Source of the DNA: Antedon mediterranea
Taxonomy: Eukaryota; Animalia; Echinodermata
Direction of reading: 5' to 3'
Length of the DNA stretch: 64,000 nt
Assembly: GCF_964355755.1 (NCBI RefSeq)
Contig: NC_092670.1
Span: forward strand, 4,082,201-4,146,200
Position numbers and translations under genes: made by a program. Shown piece after piece: positions 25,201 through 40,200 of this stretch (the stretch's first letter is position 1; every line of letters starts with the position of its first letter). The notes beneath the pieces were generated by a model. It made no database searches, was not told where the DNA came from, and saw only the letters and a list, made by a program, of their open reading frames with translations.

Positions 25201-28200
25201 CCGCGGATCTTAGGATTGGAAGATAAACATGTAAACCACAATTTACGCTATAGTTAAGTCCCTATTCACATTCCAAGAAGAAGAATTTTTTTTTTTTTAT
25301 TTATTAGTCAGCAAAGCACTATTTAGATTTGTACATAATTGGTTCAACCAACTCGGTTAATATAAGTCGACTGGGCTAATCCTGAATAAGTTTGAAGATA
25401 ACATGCATATATATTTACTGAAATATACCTCTTTCATGAGACGTTGACGCTCATCTTTAAACGAACTCTCACTCGCTTTCAATGATTCGGACATTTCGTT
25501 GGCGGCTTCAAGTTTTGTACAAAGTTCTGTATTTCGTTTTTCTGTTATATCATCAATAGTACGAAGTTTATGTCTTAAGTCTTTTATATCACTTAAGTAT
25601 TTAACTCGTTCAGCTTTCCAAGATTCTTCCTTATTAGATAACGTAGATGTTAAAGATTTGATGTCAGCCATTAATTTAGAGCGTTCGCTCTCCCATGTTT
25701 TTCCTTCAGACGTCACTTGTGAATTATCACATACTGCTGCCTGCTGAATATTTTGTTTTTCTGCGTCCGTTTTGTGTGTTTGATTAATCAGTTCTTTTCG
25801 TTCTCCAGCCCATTTTGCCTCTTTTTCATTTTGCATTCTTTCTAAATCATGAATTAGTTTCAATTGAATTGCATTGTCTTTGTCAAAATCTTTAAGCTTT
25901 TCTTTAAGTTCACCAATTTCGCGAACCTTGCATCGAATCTCAAGCTCTTTTTCTTCCAAATCAATTTTAGTTTCATGCGCACGAAGTTTTAATTCTTTTT
26001 CAAAATTGTCGTTAATTCTCTTTCTTTCTGCTCCCCAATCGTCTTCCATTTGTTTCAACGTCTGTTGAACTGACGCAATTCTTTGTTCCCGTTCCAACAC
26101 TTTCTTCTCAAGCTCTTCAATTTTGATTTCCATCTCATTGATCTGGAATTCAAGGTTGTTTTTTTCTTTCTTCAAACGTTCAAGTTCCTGATTATATTTA
26201 AATTGTTTAGCGTTATTGTTTTCATTACAGTGTTTCAAATATTGCAATTTCTCAATATCCCATTCTTCACGTTCTTTTCTAATTTTTATATCTGTTTCTC
26301 GGTGTTCAACCTGCAGCGTTGATAACTTATTATGTAGTACAGTTCTCTCTTGCTTCAAAATATCCCTTGCTGCCTTCAACTCTTCATTTTCTACTGTCAG
26401 CTGTGGGTAATAATACAAGTATGTTGTTTTAAAGAGTACTTACATGCAATTTGATTAGACATACCTCCCATAAGGTTTTACAAACAAGCTATTGAAACGG
26501 TGATAATACGATAGGATTGCTTTACATGGTAATGTAAAGTAAATGCGATATTGCTTTCTGACGTTTTATTATAGATAGTGAGACATGTGTAATTTGTCAA
26601 CTTCTAAGTTGCTCACGTTAATTTTAGGTTCGATTCTATATTCTTGATTTTACTTTTGAATTATCTTTGTATAAATCAATAATACAATGTTATATGCAGA
26701 AATTTAGGTGTGTAAAATAGCGTTTAAAACTAGTAAATATTCTATTGATTACAATACAATTTTTAACTAAAACGTGTCCTAAATATAATGTAATTTAGAT
26801 TCAAAATTGTTGACATGGTATGAAATCTACTTTTGCAGGAGTATGATAATAGTGTATTATATGGTACCATGAAAATAATCAAACAACAATCTACACACGT
26901 CATGTAAATTAATACAAAAACTTAATAGTTCATATACCTTCCTCTAAAGCTCTGTCTACACTATCAAACTTTATGTGACAAAATGTGATGTGCTCATATA
27001 TGGACATGATGATGTCATATCATTACTATATATGGGAATATCACTACCATATTTGGGCACATCACAAACTAGTTTGATAGTGTAGACAGAGCTTAACAAT
27101 AATGTTACATTACCTTTTGTATTGTAGTTGCGGCTGAAGCTGCTTGGTCCTTGTACTTCCAACATTCTTTGTCAATCGTAGCGAGTTGATTTTCAAGCCG
27201 TCTACGAACGTGCTGTAAATCTTGCATCTGCTTACTTAGGTCATCTGAAGACTTTACAAACAAATAAACATGGTTAGTTCAGTACCGTATAATAACATAC
27301 ATAAATTCAATCGCGCATACAATCAAGAACAATAATTGTTCCATCGTATCATACTGAGGTCAAGTCGCCATCGGATTTTATCAAAAGTTAATTGTATGAG
27401 AGGCTTATTTGAACATCAAGCAGAAGATACTGGATTTGAATCTATGTTTGATTTGAATGTATTTAGAAGAGCATTATGAAAATTACATACAAATTGACAA
27501 AGTTTAACTACATAAATTACAGATAAATACATTATTTTATAGACGATGTTCCAGGATAGCACAAAAAGCTTTTTCTAATTTTAACAGATTTTATACAACT
27601 TCACCGATTCAATGAATACTTCCCAGTTGGTGCTGTTGTAGTTCTTTTCATGTTGGCTAAATCTACACAAAGTATTTCTTATACTTTTTATTTCCATAGA
27701 TATCCTCATCTTCAACGTCATTAATTAATTATTTGCAATATATCACTCGATTATGAATTTATTCTAAATAAAGTACCTGTTTTGGATCGGAATGCTTGTT
27801 TAATTTTTCTTCTAATTCCATTGCTTTCTTTTTGAATGCCTCAATTCTCTTCAGCAAATCTGCCTTTTCTTTCTTCCAATTGAATCCCTCCATTTTTCGT
27901 TGTAATTCCACACTTTCTTTCTCAAAAATGTATTTTCTTTCAATTCGTTTCTTATCTTCCGCCGCCTGTGACACAAAACTCGGCTTAAAATACTGCTCGT
28001 ATGTATTATTGGAGTTATTGCAAATTAGCAAGTTGGTGATGGCGGGTAGTTGTTATAGCAACCAGTACACGCGATGACGTTAGAATGTATGCGTAGAGTG
28101 AGAAAGAAGAGGTTATAACAAAACCGTTAGTATATTATTACTAAATATCGCAATGTACAATGTTAGTTCCTAAACACGTACTAGACTAAGTTAAACAAAA

Positions 28201-31200
28201 CGTATGTCTAACGGTTAAAAACAGTTTGTTATCTAGCACACTAATGATGACATGTCTGAATATTAATAATATGAAACGCCTGTACTGTAGTTGTAGTAGG
28301 CGCGCATAGCTAATTCAAATATTACACACATTAACGGTCAGATGAGTTTCTGTTGGTTTTTTTAGTGACGTGTGCTACCATCAATCTTTGAATTAGTATT
28401 CAAATAATGGTAAGCACGACACTAAATTCATTAGAGGGAATACATTCTGGAATTTACTTTACTACACATGCGCTAAAGAATGTGCATAGCAACGTGCACA
28501 GTAGTTGGTTGTATTGAAAGTTGAACATTAATAATAGGAATATCATGGTTCCCTGATATACAGTATGTTATTGTACAATTACAATATTTATTATTTCTAA
28601 TGAAGAGTGTTACTCTTCCCTGGTCTAATAGAAAATAAAACACAATATGTTAACACCATAGAGATATTATAATATCTGTATGGTGCTACACGCAGTATCG
28701 GATGTGCATGGAAAAATGTAAAAGAGATGTGTAAGATTAAGATAAATGTGTAATTGAGAGATTCATATGGTTGAGAAATATGTGTACGATTGAGATATGT
28801 GTATGATTGAGATATGTGTACGATTAAGAGATGTGTGTACGATTAAGAGATGTGTGTACGATTAAGAGATGTGTACGATTGAGAAATGTGTACGATTGAG
28901 AAATGCACATGACTGACAGAGATGTACGATTGAGAGAGATGTGGACTAGTACTACGATTGAGACAGATGTGTACTACGATTGAGAAAAATATGCTTAAGG
29001 GATCAGATGTAGGATTGACAGATTGTGTACGATTGAGAAATGTGCATGCTTAAGGAAGAAGTAGGTTTGAGAACAATGTTTAAGGTTGGTTATTGGTGTA
29101 TCAATAGGACAATGTATCTTTTCAGAGAATAATGAAATTAATTTCACTATTCTCTGATATAATCGTTCAAACCTCAGCTAGCCTCTTTTCAAATTCAGCT
29201 CTCTCTAGTTTACGACGTTCTCGCTCGTCATCCAGTTCTTTGCGCATGTCCTCCAACAACATACTGCTCTCGTTCAGCTTTGATAAAATAGACATTTGTA
29301 TGATTTTTACATCGAAAATACAACAGAATAAAATAATGTTTAGTGCTAATATGCCTAAACACTAAATGTTAAGTGCATAAATAAGGGAAGATAAGGAAAG
29401 TCAACCCCGACAAAAAAGATCTGACGCCCCTGTTAATTGATGCTATAGGCCTAAACAAATTGAACTATACAAGCATATTAACATATTTTCAGAAGAACAA
29501 AAAAATATGCAATACTAAATGGACACAGTCTAGTTTTAAAGATCATAACTGAGTCGATAAAACTGGCGTTTCATACCTCGAATTTCAGTAACTCTCTTTC
29601 ACGATCTCGACCACCTGGGCTCCTATCTTCGTCATGGTCAACCGCATCGTTTGTCTCGCCTACAACATCAGGTTTACTATCGAGACCCGAGCGTGTTCGT
29701 TTTCTCTCTTCCTGTAATTGTTTCTCGAGGTGTGATATTCTCTCTTTTAAACATCTCTAAAAATCATTAAATAAAGCAGTCAATCTTTCAACTCATAAAA
29801 TATCCTCACCATTCAACGAATATAGAACATTTATTAATTGTTTTAACACACCTACTGTTTCTAAATTAAACTGTTATTCAATTAACCCATCCAATTCTAG
29901 CTCTGGATCTGGTAATCATCAAAGGCGGCTCTCCCGATTTTGACGCAGAATAGAACAGTTATCCACGTGAAGCATCACATTGTCTCAACAGCCTCGCGCG
30001 TTGCGAATTAATTTTTAGAAAGCTGAACGTTCAACAGTGCTGTTCGTCGTTCATTAGTGCAAAATAATTAACAGCACACGTAATTAACCAATCAAATAGC
30101 AATAATAAAAGCGGGTGTGTTATGTTTTATAACACAACTACTGTTCTAAAGTAAGTAAGCCTACATTTGTATTCAATTGATTCGTTCGGCTTCCATGGTT
30201 AGTCAGTGACGAATAAATACTAGGTGCATTGGCCGTTAAGAAAATAGGAAAAGCAAGACTTTGGTTTTGGCCGCCGGACCGGGCAGAGGTGGTTTAGTTG
30301 CGAACGAATACATAATATAGTTAATATTAATTTAATAAAAAATTTAGATAAAAAATTAAATCAGTGAATTTCACCTCAAAGTTTAGCTTTACTTCTGAAG
30401 AGTGTGTCTTGTCAGTAAAAACATCATCTCCTGTTGAATCTGAGCGGCTAGATGCTGGATGGTTCAGTTGTTCAATCTGGGCATTGTTGACTGCGATCTG
30501 AGACTTTTGTAAGTCAACAACCTGTTTCAGATCCTCATTTTCCAATGTTAGTTGTCGCATTTTCTCCTGTAGATCAACTTCTTTAGACGTCACCATTTTA
30601 GATTTAGTCATATCCTCTTTTACCTTTTGCACCTCAATCTCATATTTCTCCTCGTTCATCTCTTTGCTTCTTACAATACGTTGAAGTTCGTCTGTTTAGT
30701 AAAATGGTGATAAAGTAATCATACAATTATTATGTGTATTCATAGAATGAGTCTCTACACCTTTCTTAAAAGCTGAATATTAACTGACCCATTCCTGTTA
30801 TGCAGTGTCGTCGTTGCTATCAATGTAGGCCTAAATATGATATCAAATAGTTGGACCACTTGTGGTGAAACTAGTTTGTTTTGGCGGGACCATTAATGCA
30901 ACTCAGCAGGCGAATGAGTGACTGTGTCGTATGATTGCATTATGTACTAAAGATGAGTCACATTGAAAAATAAATGATAATAGTATAAGAAAATGTACTG
31001 AAAACTGTTTTGTACGGGAGCTTCTAAGTGCCATCGATGTCGACATGTAATTTTTGTAAAGTCAACTTGGCAAGATAATGTATCACGCCATGACGACATA
31101 TAGTAATATTGATGTCGACATGACAAGATAAATTATCTTGACAAGTCGCCAAGTGGGTCTGGGGAATGTTTATAGTATATAATTATATGAATGTTTATGA

Positions 31201-34200
31201 GTTGGATGGTGAGAATATTTAATGAGTTGAAAAATTGATTAACGAGGCGGAGCCGAGTTGAAAATAGAGCAGTCAATTTTTCATCAAATGAAATATTCTC
31301 TCCTCCATTACAAAACATTTATTATTTCTATACTTTTATTCAATTCGTCCATCGTAAATCATTGATGAATGCTAGGCCTGGAAGCTATTAAACTTTAGCT
31401 GGCGAATCAGCCAACAACGTCGCGTGGTAAAACTTCTCAAAATATTTACAAAAGGCTGAATCTGCTTTAGAGCGCGTTAATTATCACCAATATAATATAT
31501 CACTTTTCCGTTAGATGGGGCTAATGCCGAATGACACGTGATGCGTTATTAACCAATCAAATTACAATAGTACAATCAGCTGCGTAATAAAGGTTATTAA
31601 TAGCCTCGCATGAGCTTCAAGTATTTTCTTTTTGATAGGCCTATACAGTATGACACCTCTACTAGTACTGTAGGTTGTTGACGATAAACATGACTAGGAC
31701 TGAGTCTGGCTAAAATCCCACCCTTGCTCGTATGTATCCATTTCTTCTCTGCAGTTTGTCATTTATTTTATACTGGACAATATTACCAACTTGAAAATCA
31801 ATGTGTTTTTGTACTGTCTGGTTGTAAAATGTTTCAATTCAATTGAGCTGGACACAATTTACTCAATTTGATAGAAGAAAGGGAACTCCCTAAACCACTG
31901 TAAATTGTGCTGTAAAAAATTGGCCTTATCCAATTTTTGTGTGTAGAAAATGAGATAATTAATTTCAAAAATAAATTTAAAATGGTGTAAATATTAGTCA
32001 AAATTGTTTAAAGATATTGTTTTGATTTTTCTACACACAAAATCAAGCTCCAAAGGGCTAATGCTACCCGGAAATACGGTGATGTCAAGCCGCACGAACT
32101 CATTATCGCACAACGAAAAGAACAACGAACGAGGTCGTGCGTTACGATCCGTTGAGATGCGACCGGTGCGTACAAGAATACATTGAGGAATGTTGCATAC
32201 AATTACTTACTATACAGCGGTCACATAAAGGTTATACTAATAATTGAGAATATTATTATTACGTTTGTGGTCTGAAATGTATGTTGCTAGAATTGTTATT
32301 TTTCCACATTTTTAACAATTTAAAGTCTAAAATTATTATACACCATAGTAGGATTAATGCTGTTTGTGACGGAACAATTGAAAAAATATATATTTAGATT
32401 TTTGACAATCATTTTGAAATTTCTTCCAAGGGAAGAGTGATCATTGCATAATATGTAAATTGTAAATATTCCATATGTATATCATAAGTTGGATTGGTTA
32501 GTATTAGGTTATTGTACAATATTAGTAAACAAATAAAAATACTATATTTCTTGATTAAATATTCATATGAGGTGCATGCATAATAATAATAGTGCAAAAT
32601 AGCCGCAAAGATACAAAGTTTACATGCGTGTCATACACAAGCCGTAATAGTATGACCATTCAAACGCAAGAGGCAAACTTTGTTCTTCGAGATGTCACTC
32701 TGACAATAAAGATAAGATGTTACAAGAAATAAGCTAAAAACGGAAACATAATAAGAATCAGCGATAATGAAATACATAAGAAGAAAAAAAGGACAGAAAA
32801 GTGTATGACTTAAAAAAAACACCGATATACAACAATAATACCATGCAGAACATCTATTTATTACGTAAATGTTAACCAAGTATCAGTTATAAATGCTTGG
32901 TTCCCACCAGGTTCCCACTAGAAACGCAACAAAAGGACGTAACGCAACGTATCAGGGATTTTACCAATCACAGGCTTGTCATTAGTTCAAATCCCTTGCG
33001 TTGCGTCTACGTACTTGCGTTGCGTCCTAGTGGGAACTAAGCATAAAAGTAAAAACATAGTTTATCTAGCAGTACTTTCCGAAACAGTTTCACGTCTATG
33101 CTAGAATAGCCAATCAACGATTTTGATATTAAACGCGCTCCAAGCTTAGAATTCAATGGTGGTGGGACCGTAACAGGAAGTAATTTATATTGAACTATAG
33201 GAATAAATATAAAAAATACATACAAACAAAATTAACTAAACACAAATTAGAAAATAGTGCTTACTGAAAGAACAATAAAAGTAACACGGATTTGTCCTGT
33301 GGTTTTATGGAAATCAATACTTAATCAGTTAATTAAATAAATTAAATGTACAGCCCCATGGGTACAATCGAGTTTAAATTCTATTAAAAAATAGCACACC
33401 AACTTTATACAATAACACTAACAAACTATCCCATTGGCTTTTTGAAGAAGTAAATTGTGTATGGCATGCGTTGTACAAATTGTCATGATACTAGTGTCGA
33501 TACGGGCAAGCGATGAGGAATAAAATTAAGATTTTTAAGACCTGTTGTATTATAATTAGTAAACACTTTAAAATTCTGAATATGTAACTAAGATATAAAT
33601 CGATTTCATTGAGAAGGAAGTCGTAGTAATCTTTGGTAAACCACGCGTGCTTAGATTAATTAGGTCATCGGTATCAATAAATCTGGGTCAGTTTTCAATT
33701 GAACGTGACTTTTTTTCTTTAATGTTATATGTAAACGCAGGTTACACTTCCAAGACTGCAATATACATGTAATCAATAGGCCTATATATTGTAGTACTTT
33801 GGAACATAAGATTAATAACAACTTTCAGAATAGGAATTATTATTAGTTTATAGTTATTAATAGATGTTCCATTCTTATATTTAGCCTTCCATTATATCTT
33901 CGTGATTAGTAAGTCATATATTAATACTACTGCAGATATTGTGGGCATTAGGAGTTTCCCATTTCCACTTTCATTCTTGTACAAGTTTAAATCTTTTCAA
34001 TCGATTCATTTGAGTGTTTTGAAACTTGAAGTTTGAAATCTAACACACTAAAAACCTCTCGTCTTAACGTTCAACATAAATTGATTAATATATTACAAAT
34101 TAGATAGATCTATTCTCAAAGCACTTAAAATACCATCATTAAACCTTCTTATTGTTAGCTTTGTTATTGTTTGCTGTAAGTTGTCTAACATGTTTATCAG

Positions 34201-37200
34201 CGAAACTAATAGATCAAATAGAAGTTACAGAAAAGTACATACTGGCTAGAATGCACCAAACAACATTACTTGCAAACGGAGTTACTTTTAAGCACATGCA
34301 AGGTTACAATAAAGTAGAAGTTAGGAAGATAGAGGTAAATTCTTCGTGGTAGAAGGTAGTAGAAAGAAGTAGAGTAAGTCAGCTACAGAGGTTCGGTCAG
34401 TAGTAGAAGACAGTGTTCAGAAGATGAACAGCGTGAGAAACGATACAAAGAGAGTTATACATCAAAATGTGCGTGTACGTGCTGAACCAAAGTCACTACT
34501 AACCTAATTGTTCTTCGAGTTCGGAGACGTTTTCTTGCAGTTTAAGTAATTCACCAGCTTCTGGTGGATATGTCTGTGCGTCCTTCATATCAGAATCTTC
34601 ATCAGGTGTTATTGGTGATTTATCAAACTCGCTCTCAGTCAAACGCTCATTTTCCACACGTAGTTGGCCTAGTTGTAAACGCATGTTGTCCGCCTCAGTA
34701 CGTAACACAGCGATCTGAGCCCGTAGTTTATTCTCTGTAGCCTTCCCTTTGCTCTTTGACCCACCGCCACCACTTACGATCTCACTTAGTTTTTTAAGGG
34801 TTTGCACTTCAGCTTGTAAGACGTGATTTTTTACTTCAATTTCTATTGAATGGTTCTTCTGAAACAATAATTCTTTCCTGAGAGCAGCGATAATCGTGTC
34901 CTCATTTTCATTTACATTGCAATCTTTATCTGGTGAAAATACCTTATCAAATTCCCGCCATTTTGTAAGTTTCAACTGTAATTCTGAGTTTTCTTTCTGC
35001 AATTGTTCAAACTCTTGTTTTAAAGAATCGTTCGATGTCGATGTATCTATAGTCTCTTCGCTGCGTCCTGAAAAGAAAAACAATACAATATGCTTCTATA
35101 TTGATGTATACATTAAAAAAAATAACGGTGAAGGTACTATAATTTGTAAAGGACATTATATCTATCTTGGTTAGATGTTCGCCAATTATCGGGTGTGATT
35201 CGAACCCACGACCAATTACTCAACTCAAAGCAAAGCTACTCCACAGTAGTTAATACCTATCATCCTGTTGGTGAAGTACTCGCTGCTTACTTGGTCTCGA
35301 ATCTTACCCCTAGCCATAATCTACATTCACAAGATTAATTAAATGATATAAAGCCAAGGATTACCTCTATTTTGTTCACGGCCATTTCCGATCTCTTCAT
35401 TTTTAGTTTCTAGTTCTAGTATCTTTTTCCTCATGACTGTAGCTTCTTGTTCTGCTACCATTAACTGTAAACGCATCTCAGCCTCTCGTTCAGTGCTCAC
35501 ACCTCTATCATTGTCCAAACGCTTTGGTTCTTCTAGAGTTCCAAAACGCATTTTAAAGCGTTCAAGCTCGAATTCTATCGCCTCCTTGTCCAACTCCAAC
35601 GCCGAAATGCTCTTACGGACAGAATCTGCTTCTTCTTCAGCAAGTTGAAGTTGGTTCTGGAGATCTTTTTCTCGTTCAGATGCGTTTTGGAGGTCGTTTA
35701 TCAAGCGAGACATATCATACTCTGCTTCGTCATCTTCAGATGTTGTTGATGTCGTTAATCGTCGAATCTACATGAAAATAAATATATTAATGTAGGCCTA
35801 CATATATAATGATACATTTCTCTACCACTTTCCATAACTGATTGTAATGAATTATTACATTAATTAAATTGGCAGACAATGCTAAGTACACCTCTTAGTT
35901 TTTACATCATGATCAACTTACTGAACACGTACAATCCCATATATTAATTTTATATACTTGAACGCTGTTGATTGGAGTTGGCTAGTCGTATTAATAATAG
36001 TCGTTTCGTAGCAAGTGTCATTGTCACGCACCAACCTGCCTGGTGAATACATTTTGACTCTCTGAAAACCGGGAACTTAACCAAAAACTAGACTTTTCTT
36101 GAGGTCCAAAATGTTCTAAATTCTGTTTTATACCATTGATATAACATCGGAATCAGATTAGGCCAGCCCCAGAATGACAGTGTACGGTTTTACACCGTAA
36201 AAATAAACAGATAAATGAATAAATTCTTACCTTTTTCTTAATATCATCGGATGTTTCTTCACCAACTTCTTTTTTTAGTTTCCGTCTTAAAATTTCAACC
36301 TGTAAATTATGAGAATGTTATTTAATAATACATTTTACATTTTTTAAGAAAATGAAGAAAGACAACAAAATTGAGAGCTTTTCAAGAAACAAATTTGTGT
36401 TATGCAACATAATGAAATTGAATTGCAAGCGGTTCCGTCATGTTTTATTTACAATAATAACACAACCTTATTATCATCAAAGTTGTATATTAATATGAAC
36501 TTAAAAGATTGTACGATTTGTTTCGTAATATATTACACAATTTAACAGAATACAGAAATGTATTGGTCCAAAAGGAAATTCGTTACAACAGTTAAAATTA
36601 GGCCTATAGTGCGATAAATAGAAATGTACATACTGTAGGGTCTATGAAGAGTGACACGGTAGTAAATACAAAGATAAACTTAAACAATAATTTTTATTTC
36701 ACTTTTAAAAAATGTAGAATCATCACGAACATGCCAAATAACATGCCAAATTATGTGAACATATATAAATGTAATATCATTAAATAATTGCAAAGAATTT
36801 ACTGAAAACAATACATTTTTTTAAATATGAGAATAAGCTTGATACATAGAATTAACCAAACAAAAAAATGTCTTTTAATTGAATAAATGACATTGAAGGT
36901 AGTGTAGAAAAGAGTGTACAAGAGTGTCATGTAATACAATTTCACTAAAATAAAAAGAATCAGCCAATAAAGTACTTTCTTTTTGGAAGGTTTGAACCAT
37001 GGTTGTGGCGGATATGTTACTTACCCAACCCCATCCCTCCCCATGCTAAATATTGGCATAAGGTCATGGGCAATTTAAAAGAAATATCTTCATGGTACAT
37101 GCCTACAGCGCCCTGCTTTCCTTATTTTAATATTTGTTCCGTAAACAGGAAGTGTTTCATCTGAATTCTAACCCTTTTTAGTTACACCGAAAAGGTTTAG

Positions 37201-40200
37201 AATGACGTAATTTCATTCGTAATGACATGTTTTGATGCAGTCAGACACTTTGTAGACACTGATAAAGTTTAGACTTGTCTACTAAGTTTGTTGTAAATAA
37301 CATTTTCCGCAAATAAATCGCTAGATAAACTGTATTCATTTTTATAATTAACACACATATGGCACGACAGGTCGCGTGCGACACTATACGAACATGTTTT
37401 TACAATGAAAGGTCCAATAGACAACCGTTGCCTTCGAAATGAACAAAACACAATCCAATGTGATACATGAATAATAAAATAATAATGTTAGTTCCGTTCT
37501 TCAAATTGCCTGGGAAAACGACAAACAAATGAAACATGATTGCAAGTACTGTAGGCCTAACATTCTTATGACTTGTATTTGTACCATAATAGCCATATCC
37601 AGTACAGTATTAGCACGGCTGGCTATCGTTTTTAGCACATTGCCATAATATCCCCGTGAGGTCTGAGTTCGACTGTTAGGCAGGAAAACCCACCTAACAT
37701 AAACGTCTAATTATGAAAATAGTTATAATTCTAAACAGAAACGGCACCATGTATAATAAACGCAAACATTGATGGAAAGTGAGTTTCCATACAAACAAAA
37801 TGGCTTATAACAAAAACACAAGAAAACATGCAAATAAATATACTAACAATACTGACACAATACAGAAAACACTTACTTCTTTGCGATATAACTGACGCGT
37901 GAAGAGAAAAATAAGTATTGATAAAACAAAATTGTTATAATTCAATTATATTATATAAACATGAATTGTCATATAGCACTGTAAAATATTGCATATTAAT
38001 AAACACATACAGTACAGATATTACACACAGATTGAAATGAATTCATTTTCCCTTTATTTCAGATTTCTCAAACATTTGTTGGCATTTACAGGTACCTGTT
38101 TTATGCACTAAATTATTTGGGAAATTTAGCTATTAAAACAATAATTGTAGACGGCGATATACCGTAACACAGCACCCTTGTGTGGGCATGTTTCTGTATC
38201 GACAACGGCATTAGACAGTGTGTACCACATTCGGAAAACACCCCTATTTGAGGCATTCGTTTTAATTGTCAAAATAAATTGAAAAACTGTACTTAGACAT
38301 TGTCAAAAATAATGAAGACGTGACGTATTTATAAATCCTACACACTAAGACCATATAGTTATAAAGGATATAAGTATAGAGAAATTTAAATAATTATAGA
38401 CTACCTGTAAATGAATGGAGAGTAAAAATTAGAACAGTGACGTCACAGATGTCAATGTGATTATGACTACTAAATGATCCTAATTATTCTTGATGCTAAC
38501 AATGATAAGTGATTACTATTATGATGACATGGTTGGAACTAATATTAATATAAAATAATAATTTTAAACAGCACATACCGACGATAACATAAATATGTTC
38601 TCGCCAATTTAAATTATTAATCAAATGCTTGTTTTAAAATGTATATGAAGCTATATCTGATTTCTATTATGCTTTTGAGGAAATGAATAACAAGCGGGTA
38701 TTTAAATTGCTACTTGTATGCATAATAGACGTCGTACATAAATTATGTATCGTAGTATATTCTGCTTGTGATAACAGCACTTGAATTAAGCTGGAAATTA
38801 GGAGTACGAAATGTAGAGTACACGAGTAGCTAGAACTCCAGGATTTGGCACAAAATAGACTTGAAAATGAAATTTCTTTTAGGATTTTAATTAACAACAT
38901 TTCCTTTAAAATTGTAAAATAACCAACGGAGGTCAGTTCTGTATTTTATTTGTACTTTTACGTTTAATATAGAATGGATGACGGTGTTGTTTTAACAACA
39001 ATCTGTTCTATGATTCAAATTAATTTTTTTAAATGTTAGGTAAAATGCTAAAATAATGTTGCTTTCGCTGGCTAACGAATTGATAAAAATCTGTACTCGG
39101 GGCAGGCACAATTAAAGAAAAAAAATGCAATATAAATAGGCCTGCCAGATAGTGTGTCGGTGTGCAAGATTCCACAGTTTAGCGAAACGTAGCCTATATT
39201 TTATATTTTAAAATGCATTTGCTATAATGTTGACTACCGGTAGTTGTTTCGCCTTTATAAAATTATAAAATATATCCGCTTTAGAATGGATATACCAACC
39301 CCATCCCTCATCACATGGGGAACATTAAGTCCTTAGGTCAGTCGTCGCAAATCAAAAGCTCCATAGTATCGTACAATTTACCGAGTATCATTGATTCAAC
39401 CGATATTTGGCATTTCGATAATTACATCTATTCTTGTGAACCAACGGAAAAGTCTACATAGGAGAATTGTGCACTTAGAAACACGAAGCTACGTGTACGT
39501 AACGTAAAGCGAGAACTCCAAATACGGATACTAGTATATATAAGCTATTGCCGGTTCGTTCATTTTAGACATGTAAGCATACATCAGCAATATTCACATT
39601 AAATTATAATATTTAAACATATTAAACGACAATTTATGTTATGATATGCATATTTATAACACAATAATTGAAACTAAAATAAGCAGATGTTAATGCCAAA
39701 GCTAATAAATTGTCAATGATTATAACAGTAGGCCAACAGATAGCTTGTTTTTACACGATGAAAAAATCAGACGAAGGGAAGATGTTTACCCTTGTAGGTC
39801 CTACGTCATTAGCATTTTGGGCACAATGAAGACAATAGACTTCAAAAGCTCTGTCTACACTATCAAACTTTATGTGACAAATATGCGATGTGCTCATATA
39901 TGGACATGATGATGTCATATCACTACCATATTCAAGCATATCACTACCTTATTTACGCGCATTACACTTGTTTCTGTCAAACTAGTTTGATAGTGTAGAC
40001 AGAGCTTTATACTTTTCTATCACTAGTCGTCTCATTTCCACTACGAAATGTATAATACATGATTTATTGCTTCCACAATGCAACACTGCATTAAGGCGCT
40101 TTCATGACTCATCGTTTCTCTGAATCATCAAGCAATACTGTATTAAGATTCAATAATTTAATAAGATGGTGTTGTTGCTTATCTAGCTAGGTGTACCGGC

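Noticed and set aside
28760-29050. Repeat array resembling CRISPR
   Set aside because: Degenerate tandem units without unique spacers, in a eukaryotic intron: a minisatellite.
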